Assembly (NCBI GenBank): GCA_002633005.1
Contig: NMRA01000216.1
Span: 263,823-327,822, forward strand
DNA length: 64,000 nucleotides
Direction: 5' to 3'
Source of the DNA: Phoronis australis
Lineage: Eukaryota; Animalia; Phoronida
In this document: piece by piece, positions 1-12,100 of the stretch
Layout: each line of letters starts with the position of its first letter
Position numbering within the stretch: position 1 is the stretch's first letter
Program-made: the position numbers and the translations under genes
Notes under the pieces: model-generated
The model's database searches: none
Told to the model about the DNA's origin: nothing
What the model saw: the letters and a program-made list of their open reading frames with translations, nothing else

Positions 1-3000
1 AAGTACGGCGAAGTGTGTCATCCATCGGAAAGCGATGCAAAGGTACTCCCAAAGCGCGCGTGAGCCGATAATTAGTACATCCTGGTACGCAGCAACAGTG
101 TGGCATGTTGACTGACTAGTAAATGAAAGCAAACGACGACGGAACTTAACACAACCGAGGTAGAACAATGACTGACTCGGCAGCTCTCACAGTCAGACTA
201 TATGAAAAGAAATTGGCGCGAAATGCTTGCCTCCTAAAACGTCACTTCCGGAGTTGCCGACGAGTAATTAATAAAATTACGAAAAGCTGTAATTAAGTGG
301 AAAATATGTCTAGGATAACCAACCAACCTTATTTTAGCTCAAAATGACATGGAAAAAGGTTGCCTTCGCCTTTAAAGTGGTTCTCTACCAGTGAAACAAA
401 AGTCAAACTGTTCACCTGACGTTTGTTCGTAAAGATTTTGAATTTCTGTTGATATCAAAGCATTTTTTTTTTAGTTTAAATTTCAAAAAACAATCTGTCA
501 ACTGCTCGTCACTTAGTCAATTTTCTCCCACACGGCAAAGCACCTCTTCTTGTGGCAAGACAAACGAAGCACATTTCCTTTATTTGGAAAATGCGACCTT
601 TGACCTTTCATGTAAACAAACCAATGGCGACTTCAAGGAGCGGCCAGCACTCATTCGATACAATATCCGTTATTTTCCGTACCACGTTAGTAATGTACAT
701 GATAACGTTACACGCAAAGTAAAGGGAAGAACTTCGTACCGAATGACCATGGCAGCCAGTCCGACTTCTTCGAGCGCATGCACGCATGTATTGCATCAGG
801 GCCTGAGAATTTGAATGAAAGGGTTTTTTATGGTCTGTGTTTGAAGAATAGAAAATCTGACGATTTTTAAAGAAATTTTTGAAATATTTAAAGTGAATAT
901 CTCTCACGTTAGCATCTCCAAAAAGTATAACCGCCACGATATCTTTGAAAGGTTCCATTCCTCTTTAAGACCATGCAAAGATTATCAACTCAAAGTTCAT
1001 TCGCTATACATTTTTTGCATTGCAATTTAGTTAAGCGACACCATTAGGCAGTTGTGTACGGTAGTGCTAAATTTGAGTGTTCACAATATCGGAACTCGAT
1101 TATATTAGGAGTCATTGGGACGGTAATTGGTCCACAATGCCGTGCATTTCAAGGTAAGAGGCTAGTTTTTGGTTCCATGATAATGGGCGACTAGACACGT
1201 CTAGTTGCATTTCGTGATCGATAATTATGACTGGGCCAGTGGTGTTCATAGGTTCATAGATTTTTGGCGTATTAATCGTTTCACAGCTCAGTATCTTGGC
1301 AGGAAACTCAAACAAAGTAACTTTTTTCTCCAACACTATAAATAAGGATAAGTTACAATTCACATTATACTTTGCTTCAGTTTGAATAATTTTGGCTTCC
1401 GAAAGTGCGCTCTGAATAGTGTACGAGAGGCGCGGTACAACAATGAGATAAATATAGCTCATTGCTGTACAAATACCGAGACCAGAGATACCTGTGTGGC
1501 ATGAAAACGATCGTAAAATGTTTCACAAATGCCGCTTCACAACACTATATGTGCACCTACATTATGTACCCATTTGTATTATTTTTAACAAAGACAAATA
1601 CATGTAGTTTTTAAAATGTATTTGTATTTTTTTTAACAGAAAACATGCGACAATGTTAGTTTGGCACACATATTAGTCTCAACTCATTTTACATATTCAA
1701 AGGTATTAAATTTCTGGTTCTAGCAGAAGACGCAGGAGAACCAGCACTGTTCACATGGGTAGGCCTATAGTGATTACAAAATGTTCGGTAAACCAAGTTT
1801 GTAACTCTGTCCACCTTTTCGAAGTTGTGCAACTGAGTATCGATACCTTGAACCGATGTACATGTATCAAGACTGAGTTAGTTCCACGGATAGATATAAA
1901 ACGGAAAAGGTGATATAGTGCTACGCCCTGCAAAGCCACTGAAGATCAGGTGACTGGGGTGAGCTGGTAAGCTATCCCATAGCAAGATTGCAGGTGAGAC
2001 ATAACTGTCTGCACGCGATTTCGTTGGTGGCCATTGATGACCTGGTCAAATAAGAATGCATGACAGCGAGTCCTGTCGACGTGCCCACGTATACGTAAAT
2101 CGTATGTCTGCTGCCATCCACGTATCATTGTACCACGTACTTGACTGCAAGCCTAATCACACCACAAAGTGGTAAAGAAAAGAAAATATTTGTGACACGT
2201 AAGGAAGGTGGGTGATTTTCTTTCAGTTTGGGTTTTGTTTATTTCCCAATGTTTTTTCAACTGATCGTGAGGTCCACCGCAAGCTTCTCATCCCGCACTG
2301 AAGAAAGTCGTCAATCTGCATGTCCAAAGCTCATCGATAAACCATTTTTCTGCATTCGTTAGCAACGAATGTTTGTGGACAAAGATGGAGGAAGATCGCA
2401 GTGTTCATATTTTCCCGCGCATTTATTGCCTGGAATCAATAGCTCGATTGACATTTCGTAACTACCGTAACTCGTAATTTGGTGTAATTCAGCTGAATCT
2501 TTAATTATATTTAAGAAGTGTTGGAAAAACAATTTCAATAAAATCGTTTTTCGAATAGCTCACCTACGCATATCTGTTCCTTGATCGACTCTTGTAACAA
2601 AAATAAGTCTGCAATAGATTGTACACTTGGCTGCATATCGGTGTATAAGACTCAAACGTGAAGAATTTTGCTTCCGACATACACTTTCGACCTACAAAAC
2701 TCGAATACGCGAGTATAAATCAAGACGTCAAGTGGATGTTTGTGTGTGACAATCAATTATTTATGATTTTTAGTTAAGTCCCATGAACCACCGACCGAGT
2801 CAAGTAAAACACTTAAATTTTGTTCCAAAAATTCACCGTAATTATCAAGCACCATCTTTACAGCCAATTATTAATACTAATACGCACACCTTGATTACAA
2901 TGACACATCGCTGAGCAAAATTCCAGTGCTCGACATCTCAGAGGCCTCCCGTTTTATCAAAGTCATCATAGTCCGGTTGTTTGCACGCGACTGCAAGCGG

Positions 3001-4222
3001 CGCCGCTGCGCCAGAAGAAACGCTGCAACTCAGTGGCGATAAGTTGATAATTTTTCATACTCAGACTTAACCGTCGCCTTCAAAGGCAACGTTAATGAAC
3101 TGTGTGCAAAATAAAATCAAACTTACGACCGTCTCAGAAAAGCCCAGACTTACGACCTCTGATAAAACGGGTCCCTGGGCAAAGTTCAATACCCGCTTTG
3201 TAGCAGCGAGAAAAATCGAGCCAAAATCACAAGCGTACTCTCATTGAAAATACAAGACAATATCTCGCGGAATCTTCCTTACCCAGCGAGGTACCAGTGT
3301 TATTGAACTCGACCCAAGGCTCAAAAAGGATGGCCTCATGCCGATGAACTCGATGACTATAACCAATGCAGACAGTCACAAATGAAGTAAAATGTTCACA
3401 AGTCATTGTTTCTAAAACTGTGTACCACCGTGGACACTGTAAAACCAACTTTAGCGAATCATACCACTGTTACTGAACCAATAGCAAAATTTTGCCACGT
3501 GGTCAGTTCTGTGACGCCAATAAACTTGTGCTAAAAATAATCTTATATATTCTTGATTCGGGAAAATAAATGAAGTTTCCTATGTTGTCGAATTACATAG
3601 AATTTAAGGATGACTAGAATATGCATGATTACCGGTAAATCATGGTACATCATGGGCACAGATCCAGGAGGGCTCCGACAATGGACAAATATACGGGTGA
3701 CTAAATTTGATTTTCCTCCACTGGATCGAGCAATGTTCTTGACAGCGGAGAGCCCAGATGCTCCTGGTTCCGCGCCTGTTACAACTGACGTTGTGAATCA
3801 GCCATGTAGACTCGTCCGAGCTGACCGAAGAACTGATCGTAGGACTAGAAGCCTTTATATTTTTCGAGTTTCTCAATTAGGCAAATCTCAAAAGCAGGCT
3901 ATGATGAGAATCATGGATTAGCTCCGCGGCGTGCCTAGACGCGAAAGAGCCTCGGCGATAAAGCACGTGACGACAATAACTATCTTCGCGAGCTTTTTTA
4001 GTCTACGGAGCTCACCACCGGGTAGCAGGGAGAGTGCCCGTGCCGTGTTCCGTGCCCCACTATGTGTATCAAATGTATCAATGGCCGCCATTCGAATAAC
4101 CGGATGCTGCCTTGAAATACAGGTTACGTTCCTTTACAGTGGTGAATCAAGAACGGTGTTAATGCGCTGACGCATGATGAGCACCGAATTATGGGGGAGG
4201 GGGCATCGAGTCTTGGGCCAAA

Positions 4223-5758
4223 TTAACGACAAGGCACCACGTCCTTGAACAATTTCATGACACTAACGAAAAAGAACATCGGTACATTAGTCAGGAACGA
4301 TCCAGTGAGACAACATATGGAAAACCAAACCAGGGCCCGTTCACCCTTCTCCCTCAGCAGCGAGCTGATAACCGAGCGCTTGTATCCAAACGTGACGGCC
4401 ACGAATATCCAGGCAGTGACAACGAGGGCACTGCCTAAGGCCGGTAGAGATGACATCAGCGGTAGATTGGGACTCATCGCAGATAACACAATGATGTACA
4501 CCGACGCCAGCATGCCGACGACTGTGTGAATATTTATGACAGCAAGAGAACGCGTGGGCAAAAAGTAGGCAGAGAAACTACCTACAGGTAACATGAGTAA
4601 CGACAGACGCGTTGCCAGATTTAATGCTACTGGTCCGTAAGGCAGTGCAGAGTACGTAATTATAGCATCTAGGACACCAAACTTCACTGCCGAGTCGCAG
4701 ACAGTAAGAACTAACAGCCACACATAAGCTCCATGACCAATAACTTCGTGTTTTGAAGGCTTATTGTCACATTTTTTGTTGTCCCGCGAAGCTTTGTCCA
4801 GCGATGTCATGGCTAGTTTGTCTTCATGCACCACGTCACATGACGTTTCGGATCGGAGAGGGGTCGCTGAATCATCTAAGTCGTCAGGGTGGCAAGAATC
4901 ATCACTTTGTACACCATTGGCTTCTCCGTCCCTCTTATGTCTGGCGTTTATGTCATTGTTTTTTATCTGAAATCTCTTAAAATATGGCAAAAAGTGAATC
5001 AGGATAAAACTTGCAAAACACAGAATCTCCATTAACAAAACTAGGATAAAATGAACTTGTACAGAATAAAGCGGTTCCACAAAAATGGCATCGAAAGTAG
5101 CATTGACACTGATTTCCTCTTTTGAAGTAAACAGCACGTTAGCAGAGGCATTTGTAGGTTTATCAAGGTGCGCGTCGTACACAAAACTCGAGTTGCTCAA
5201 CGGTCGCTCCATGCACTCGTACATTCCCGACCCTTGGATAAGACCAAAAATTGAGAACAAGAATCCAGCCAATCCCTCTCCCGTGTGGAAGGCGGGTATA
5301 TATGCTTGCGGTAGATTGACCATGTAACCTACGAAAATCATCATACTCATAAAGTTAACGCATCCTCCGGCGATGACCAGAGTTAGGAAGACGACGCTGT
5401 GCAGCTTCCCGTTCACAACCGACAACCGGTCCCAGAAGAAGATCAACGTCACCGACACGACGAGCGCAACAGCGAACAGCCCCAAGATCATCTTGACGCC
5501 GTGACTGCCGCCACCGCCCACATTCGGTTTAAACGTGTGAACTATGAAATAAATGAGAGGTGGTACATTGCATATGACAGCAACACCCAGGGTGATGTAA
5601 GCGGGCAACTCCCATCCCTCTGGCAATGCTTCTACGAGAACAGGAACTTCCACCCATATGGCGTCAACATGAAGAAACGTGGACATCCCAAACATAGCCA
5701 CCAAGACTGTCAATGGAACGGACACTTGTGGGCGCGTGCATTTTAACTTTAAAGCCAT
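4223..5758 (-). CDS. SLC52-family riboflavin transporter-like membrane protein, single coding exon, 511 aa from the first ATG (5758)
   Basis: Long ORF with many hydrophobic segments. The motifs FGM...IWVEVPVLVEALPEGWELPAY, TGEGLAG, TYSALPYG and a C-terminal MF..V.V.KLF....C match the SLC52A1-3/RFVT family from recall. The ORF track start (5773) is a non-ATG codon; the first ATG gives MALKLKC. The paralogue cannot be assigned. Confidence 0.9.
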   Translation of the reverse strand: MALKLKCTRPQVSVPLTVLVAMFGMSTFLHVDAIWVEVPVLVEALPEGWELPAYITLGVAVICNVPPLIYFIVHTFKPNVGGGGSHGVKMILGLFAVALVVSVTLIFFWDRLSVVNGKLHSVVFLTLVIAGGCVNFMSMMIFVGYMVNLPQAYIPAFHTGEGLAGFLFSIFGLIQGSGMYECMERPLSNSSFVYDAHLDKPTNASANVLFTSKEEISVNATFDAIFVEPLYSVQVHFILVLLMEILCFASFILIHFLPYFKRFQIKNNDINARHKRDGEANGVQSDDSCHPDDLDDSATPLRSETSCDVVHEDKLAMTSLDKASRDNKKCDNKPSKHEVIGHGAYVWLLVLTVCDSAVKFGVLDAIITYSALPYGPVALNLATRLSLLMLPVGSFSAYFLPTRSLAVINIHTVVGMLASVYIIVLSAMSPNLPLMSSLPALGSALVVTAWIFVAVTFGYKRSVISSLLREKGERALVWFSICCLTGSFLTNVPMFFFVSVMKLFKDVVPCR

Positions 5759-8189
5759 CGTTAACAGCAACAATCTTTACCTTGCACAACTACACGGATT
5801 TGAGCAGTTGGTGCGATCAACATAGCAGCATGCGTGGACAGCGATGTGTACCTAGAATAGAAACCGAGCCAGTGTTTACCGGGTTTAGCCAGCATATTAT
5901 TCAAATGTGACTCAGAGACAAGATACGTTCAAATGGTCCATAACGTTCCATTTGTATAATACGACATGTTCAAATGTGTCACTGAAAGTTTAGAAAGAAA
6001 TTTTATACACCATTAGTTATGCAAGATTCAAAACAACAGGGTTCATGAAATAGCACGTGGTCATGAAGATGTAAGGAATAAATTTATTACCAATATCCAA
6101 TGAGCCGCGCCACAGCTGACGAAAAGTTGCAGACAAAAAATACTCCGAAAGTCCCAGTTTTCATTAAAAATTACATTCATTGTATTACGGCGACTTCACA
6201 TTTTCAATGAATGCACCAACACTCTGGAACATTGTTCCTCACTGGATCCAAAATATTTGTATTGTTATTGATAGAACCACTTGAGTGCGACTGGTTTTAA
6301 CTCTTCATTCTCAATCCCAGAATTTAAATATTACACTCCCAATCACTCGTTCCACTTGCAGTATACACCCCAATCACTGGTCTTTAATGTAGTACGTCAA
6401 TCATGATCGGGCAAGCATTTTAAATGGAAATTAATGAATAAAATTTCCTGTACAGCCTTCATATAGACATGTCGCGCAACACGTGCGTAACAACGCGCGC
6501 TTCAAATTTTATGGTTCTAGCGACCGATGCTTATTTTTGTCTCTTAATATTCTTACCATGAAAGAATTCTATTTCCATTTACCAACAAGAACATCGAAAT
6601 CATTCGCGACTCAAAAAACGCTTCCGAGTTGAATGGGGCAGTCTAACGGCAATGCCAGCGACACGAGTTTGAAACGGAAATAAAATCTCATCACTTTAAA
6701 GGGATATTAAGGGACTGATTATATGAAAGTAATTGACCTAATTCGATTTTCGCTTTTAGCCAGCTAAGCAATGCTGTAGTGGGGCGTAGACGCACGTAGG
6801 CGCAGCCAACCACCTTTTGGCATTTGAGCTTAGCGCCAACTCACCGTAAGTTACGTTCAGTGCTCAAGGTGGGCTTTGGGCGCCTACTTACTTCTAATTT
6901 TAACATTACAGCACTGCATCTAAGAAAACCGAAATGCATCTCTAAGTTTCCAAAGGATCCTCAACACTTTTACTCATAACAAATGCTTGTTTTCGCACTT
7001 TCTGACTCACTGAATAGGAAACCAAACTTAAAACGCCATGAGACGCTTTGGGCTTTTAAAAAATTGATTGCATCGTAAAACAACTATTCACCTTTTGTAC
7101 ACCCCTTTAAATGGTTACTACATGGACACAAAAACAATATTTTATGCATGTCAGTTTCGCCTCATTAACGGACATTCAGAGCAGTGAACTGTCGGGATTT
7201 GTAAACCTGGTTTCGGGAATAGTGCGGGACCTTCTGAGTGAAATTCGGAATAGTGAACCTTCGAGGGTAGCGAACGGAGCATTAGCATGTAATCTTAGAA
7301 AATCTCTTCCATCAAGTTGGTTGCTTGTATGAAGTCTGCAAGGTTGTGCATCATTTACGATAATTTACAAGAGAATGAGACTTTTCTTCATTAAACAAAG
7401 ATTTTTATCAGGTCTAAACCTACTTTTTCCGCATAACGTGAACATGCTCATAGGCGTGATTTTCTCAATCCAAGAAAACAAGGTAGTTAAATGTCTGATT
7501 TTTGAGCAACAACAGAGGACACCAGAATTTAAAGAATGCGTTTTAATCCACTAATCCATAACCAAAGCATCCACTGGATGAACAACATGTTCGACAATCA
7601 CTTTCAATTCGAAATTTAAAAAGCACGCAATTCACTACAGTGGTAACTATACCGAAATAGCACTGAGATAACCCCATTTTCTGCTGTTTTGTTGGTTGAT
7701 CGATTTTAAGCCATTCACACACTACTTTTTGGTAACTCTCGGTTTTACTGCAGGTATAGAGATTTACTTCTAGGTCCCACTGTTTTATGGTGTATTTCAA
7801 CGTGGAAGTCGGTGGCTTAAGACTGTCAAAGAGTCATGGATGCACCCAGCCTAAAATATGGGGGGCTCGAATTTTTGAGAATGTGGACCTTTCAGATTCA
7901 CGGGGTACGTTCAGAACTATGAACTGTACATTCGCCGAATTTTCAGTGGTAGTTCCTGCCTTTTTAGTGGACTCAAGTTTTGTCTCATTATCCAAATGGG
8001 CCCTGAGTGTGCGCATGACATACAGCGTCCTCTAATCGTCTGCACGATCCAAGCAAACACATAGTCATTTGGCGAAGTTGACCGGGTTAGGCGCACTGAG
8101 TTTGAACATGCTTTAAAGGCCTAGTGAAGCCTCAACTGAAGCCCTGTGTAAGTTTTTCATTTCCGTCCAGTAAATAACAATTCCAAACA

Positions 8190-8535
8190 CTCTTCGTAGA
8201 TGCCGATCTCGGGCAAGGGTATTAGGAAATTGGCCACTGGCGATCAACGATCGGGAGGGGGGCAGCCGCAGGACCGTTGGCGATCCGGCGGCGGAGGGGT
8301 TGAAATTCTCCTGTCTATGCCTATTATCCCGGCGGACTGTGTGATATGCTTCGATCCTAACCCTTCCCTGCCCCCTTTCCCCGCACACCTTAGTTCAGAT
8401 ATGCCTGTGGTTGCCGAAGATGACACTAGCTGATGCCGATAGCAGCCAGAGCCGACGAGGCCGGGCTGCGAGAAGCCAGTGTCAGTGACCCGGAGTCCTG
8501 GGGTCGGTGACCGGAACCAGGAGATTACGAAGTTC
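8190..8535. ncRNA. Candidate structured non-coding RNA of unknown family
   Basis: GC-rich island in AT-rich DNA with nested complementary helices: 8192-8198/8526-8532, 8206-8210/8521-8525, 8211-8227/8355-8373, 8245-8252/8272-8279, 8421-8431/8474-8484, 8442-8447/8464-8469, 8496-8501/8517-8522. No convincing coding frame. Confidence 0.5.
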
Positions 8536-8655
8536 CAAAGTAAAACCTGTATTTGAAAAATCGAGTGACGGCGCAGGTTGAAACCACTGCAGTCTAATAG
8601 TACTTGTGTTTAACTGACGACTTTACTAATACCTTAAAAACTACTTCAGCTGTTC

Positions 8656-8670
8656 ATGGCGACGACGAAG
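8656..8670 (+). CDS. CSTF3: Candidate alternative first coding exon of CSTF3 (MATTK)
   Basis: ATGGCGACGACGAAG|GTACCT, a phase-0 donor compatible with the exon at 11267, in a CpG-rich promoter-like context. Confidence 0.5.
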
Positions 8671-9106
8671 GTACCTCGTCGTTTTCGCTAAATCTTTAAA
8701 TTTGAAAATGTTCACATGGGGGCGCTAACAAAGATGTTAAATGGCAATGGCAGTTTAAGTTAACTTTACTCGGTTAGTCGTTTGATAAAAATCTTCTATC
8801 TTCACTGTATCTCTGTAAGTAAAACATCTTTTTAATGCTTACATTTACATGAAAATTACCAGTAAAATCGAGCCAAAACTAGCAGAATTATTAAATCTGT
8901 AACATAACATCCGGGAACTTGCATTTGCGCGAGGGAGCCATATTGAAAAGTAGCGTGTACTTTGCATTTGGATTACGTGTAATTGCTTTTAATTTCAATA
9001 AATATTAATATTTGCATAATTTGTTTGTTGCATGTTGTTTTTTATCCCTTAGAGTTTTCCTGCGATCCATTTGGGACTTGGAAGTTTTGGTTTGTTAACA
9101 TAAATC

Positions 9107-12100
9107 ATGTCGGAGCGAAGCGCCGGTTCGAGACGGAAAAATGCTACAAGTACAAAGACCAAAGTGGTAAGCAACCTAGTCTAGCCCTAGGTACTCTTTT
9201 GGAATTTCGAAATTATTGATAGGTTATATGTTTGACGCAGGTGCATTTCAATCTGAATGAAATGTGAAACGCCTGGCTGTGTTAGATCTGCTAATACTAT
9301 GAAAACTTTTATTATAAGTTGTTTTTACATTGTTGGAAAGTCCAAAAATACTGGTACAGTTTCTACCTTTTCTGAAACTGGAATTCTATGGACCTTGTTA
9401 CGGTTAGAGAATTGTTGTGTATGAATTGTCTTGCCATCTGCTGGCTTGAAATGTCCGTTCTCTGGTTTCATTGGTTTTCGTCTTTCCTTTCGAAACCTGG
9501 CTGTAGCCCAGAGTGTATTGCAGAAATTCCACCAATCTCTAATTCAGTCCAACTGTAAGCGGATCAATATCAGATGTATTCTCGTGTTTTAAAACAGCTT
9601 ACGAGATGTAGAGTCTAGTTTTGTCTGTGATCAGTATGTATGCAAATGTGTTGCACTGCGGGGCTCAATGCTTAACATTAACATTCACTTGTCAAATGAC
9701 TCAAATGCTACCAGGCAAGTCGAGGAAAATAGGAAATGTGCTTGCACATGAATACCCTGTATGCGAGGGTGCAACATTCCTGGCCACCACAAATGACACA
9801 CAGTCGGCAAAGGTTGATTAAATATTATTCTGATTTGAAGAACTGGCACATTAGCAACTTTCGGGAACACACGGAATAACCTGGTCGGCATTTTTGTTTC
9901 TTTATTTGAATGAAAAATCACCAGGGTATACTGTTTGTTTTGTTAATGACCAATGTCTCTCTCGAGACCTAGTGTCCCGTACAGGGATAGCTCCTACCTT
10001 AGGAAGAAGCAGCCAGTCAGGACACATCTATGAATGGATCGTGAACAGGCCCTTCTGCTTTTTTCTTCCCACTTTGTTTATATCCTGTAGTATTTTGAGT
10101 ACGTGATCGATTGTGTGTGTGGCGACACTTGGGGATTTTTGCTAGGTTGCCAAACATAATTTGAGGTTGCATTGACGAGCTGAAGTTCCCCAAATTGAGC
10201 CCTGCACTGCAAAGAATATAATTGGTACGTTTGTCCGATATACCTGCATTTGCAGCGACGTACAATTTGTGACTGGCAGATATGTGTTGTGACCAAATTT
10301 GTTTCTAACAGGAACGAATAAGGCTTCAGTTTCATCCAGGTCTGTTGTAACTACTATCTAGTGTTTCGTCAGACATAATTAAGCACTATACGGGTGTGTC
10401 ACCTTGTCTGCAATTTTGATCAGATGTATGAAATAAAACTTACGGAAACACTGCAATCGAAACTTGTCCTGACTTTGAATTGACAACTCAGATTTTACCC
10501 AGCTTGCCAGGTGCAATTTCTGTGTTTTTTGGCATCAGAAGGTGGAACTGTTTTCATGGATTCCAAGGGATATAAATGTTCTCCAAAAATTCTGAGAGTG
10601 TTTAGAAATGTTGGGCAAACACTACATGTGAACTTCTTGTTGCCAACAAAGGTTCATGTATTATTAATTGAACAAAAACAGTGCCAACACAGTGGCGTTA
10701 ATCAATGCTTCATCATTTTTATGAAATAAATTTCTGTGTTACTTTAAGTTCTTACGCAATTAAAACTTAAATGCATAGTGCAGTTCTCAGGCAAATTTTG
10801 ATACGCTGTCCGTGAACTGAACAGACTATCAATAAGATCAGTGTTCTCCACAACAAAAAATTCAAGTTTGTCTGGAATTACAAAATTCACGAACGTGTTG
10901 GAAAGTCCATATCCATATCGTGTGGAGTTTTTGTGTTAAAATCTTAGAATAAATACGTTGAACTGGTTGGGTACCGAAATCCAAAATGTCGTCTGACTGA
11001 TCTCCCTATACTTTAAACTTGTCGCATAAGTTTTCAAAGTCGACACAAGTAAGCCAAACTCGTCACGGCTAAATTCAAACTCAAAGACACAGTGATTAGT
11101 CAAAACAGGTTACGGAGAACACTTAAGGTCACATTGTAATGTTTTGCCGTGCTCTTAGTTGTCTTCCAGTTCATCCTATGATTTGATATTGGTGAGTAAG
11201 TCCGTGGTACTGTGTTTTTCTCTGTCTTGTTGATTCAGTCCACTAACTTGACCATTGCGTTTGTAGGAAGCAGAGTATATGACTGAAAAGATAAAAAAAG
11301 CTGAGCAAATTTTGGAAAGCAATCCTTATGATCTTGAAGCATGGAGCGTTCTCATCAGAGATGCCCAGGTACGTAAGTGACATGATTTTCTGTTATTTCG
11401 ATTCCAAATTCTGTTTTGAGTGTTTTTGTCAGTTGTTGTTCATGAGGTCAATTAAAAGCATTTCGTTTTCTTTACAGACCATGCGCTTGGATGCTGGGAG
11501 AGAATTGTTTGAAAAACTTGTCACGCAGTTCCCAAACTCTGGAAAGTACTGGAAGATATACATAGAATACGAGGTTATGAATTTCTTTATTTTGTTCCTT
11601 TTTCATTCATCATGAAAAACTTAAGGTTATGTAGGACCCTATTGGCAAGTCTGCGTAGTTAGCCAAAATATCTACAAATTTCAACAAAGTAAAGGTCTTT
11701 TTTTAAAGTAAGACCTGCAGACTTGATTTTTGACTTCAGTTATTAATGGCTTACAACATGACGGTGGCTTAAAAAAATTCCAACCAAAAGCATGCAAAAT
11801 AAGAGCACTAACATCTTCACATTTTATTTTATATAAATGATCCAAGATAAGATCTCAAAGTGCTTTGTTTTTGTTTCTGCAGTTTTTGTCATGAAAATCA
11901 TTAAATCGTATTTTCATAGCTCCTCATGCAAAATTGGAGGATTTCAAAAACGTTTCCTAATAGCATTATAGAAAACAGTTAGAAAAGCACGGTATCTGAA
12001 AATTTCTTGTGAATCTGATCAGCCATTTCGGAGTTATGATGTTCTAAATTTGGACATTTTTCTAGGGTCCTACATGACCTTGATAATTTATAACATTATC

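Noticed and set aside
449-4170. Short ORFs of 60-120 aa here and throughout the introns
   Set aside because: No recognisable domains, many have non-ATG starts, and they overlap repeats or are antisense shadows of real exons.
6862-6890. CTCAAGGTG...CGCCTACTT resembling the 3' part of U12 snRNA
   Set aside because: The U12 5' sequence and Sm site are absent; the match is explained by the local hairpin.
8356-8364. CCTAACCCT, a 1.5-repeat TTAGGG template, suggesting telomerase RNA
   Set aside because: It is buried in a predicted helix with 8215-8227. I see no U-rich/A-rich pseudoknot strands, P6.1 or H/ACA end.
8280-8460. FMN-riboswitch-like words (GGGGTTGAAATTCTCC, GAGCCGACG) near a riboflavin transporter
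   Set aside because: They are on the strand opposite the transporter, spacing and order do not fit, and FMN riboswitches are not known in animals. A cmsearch with the FMN model would settle it.
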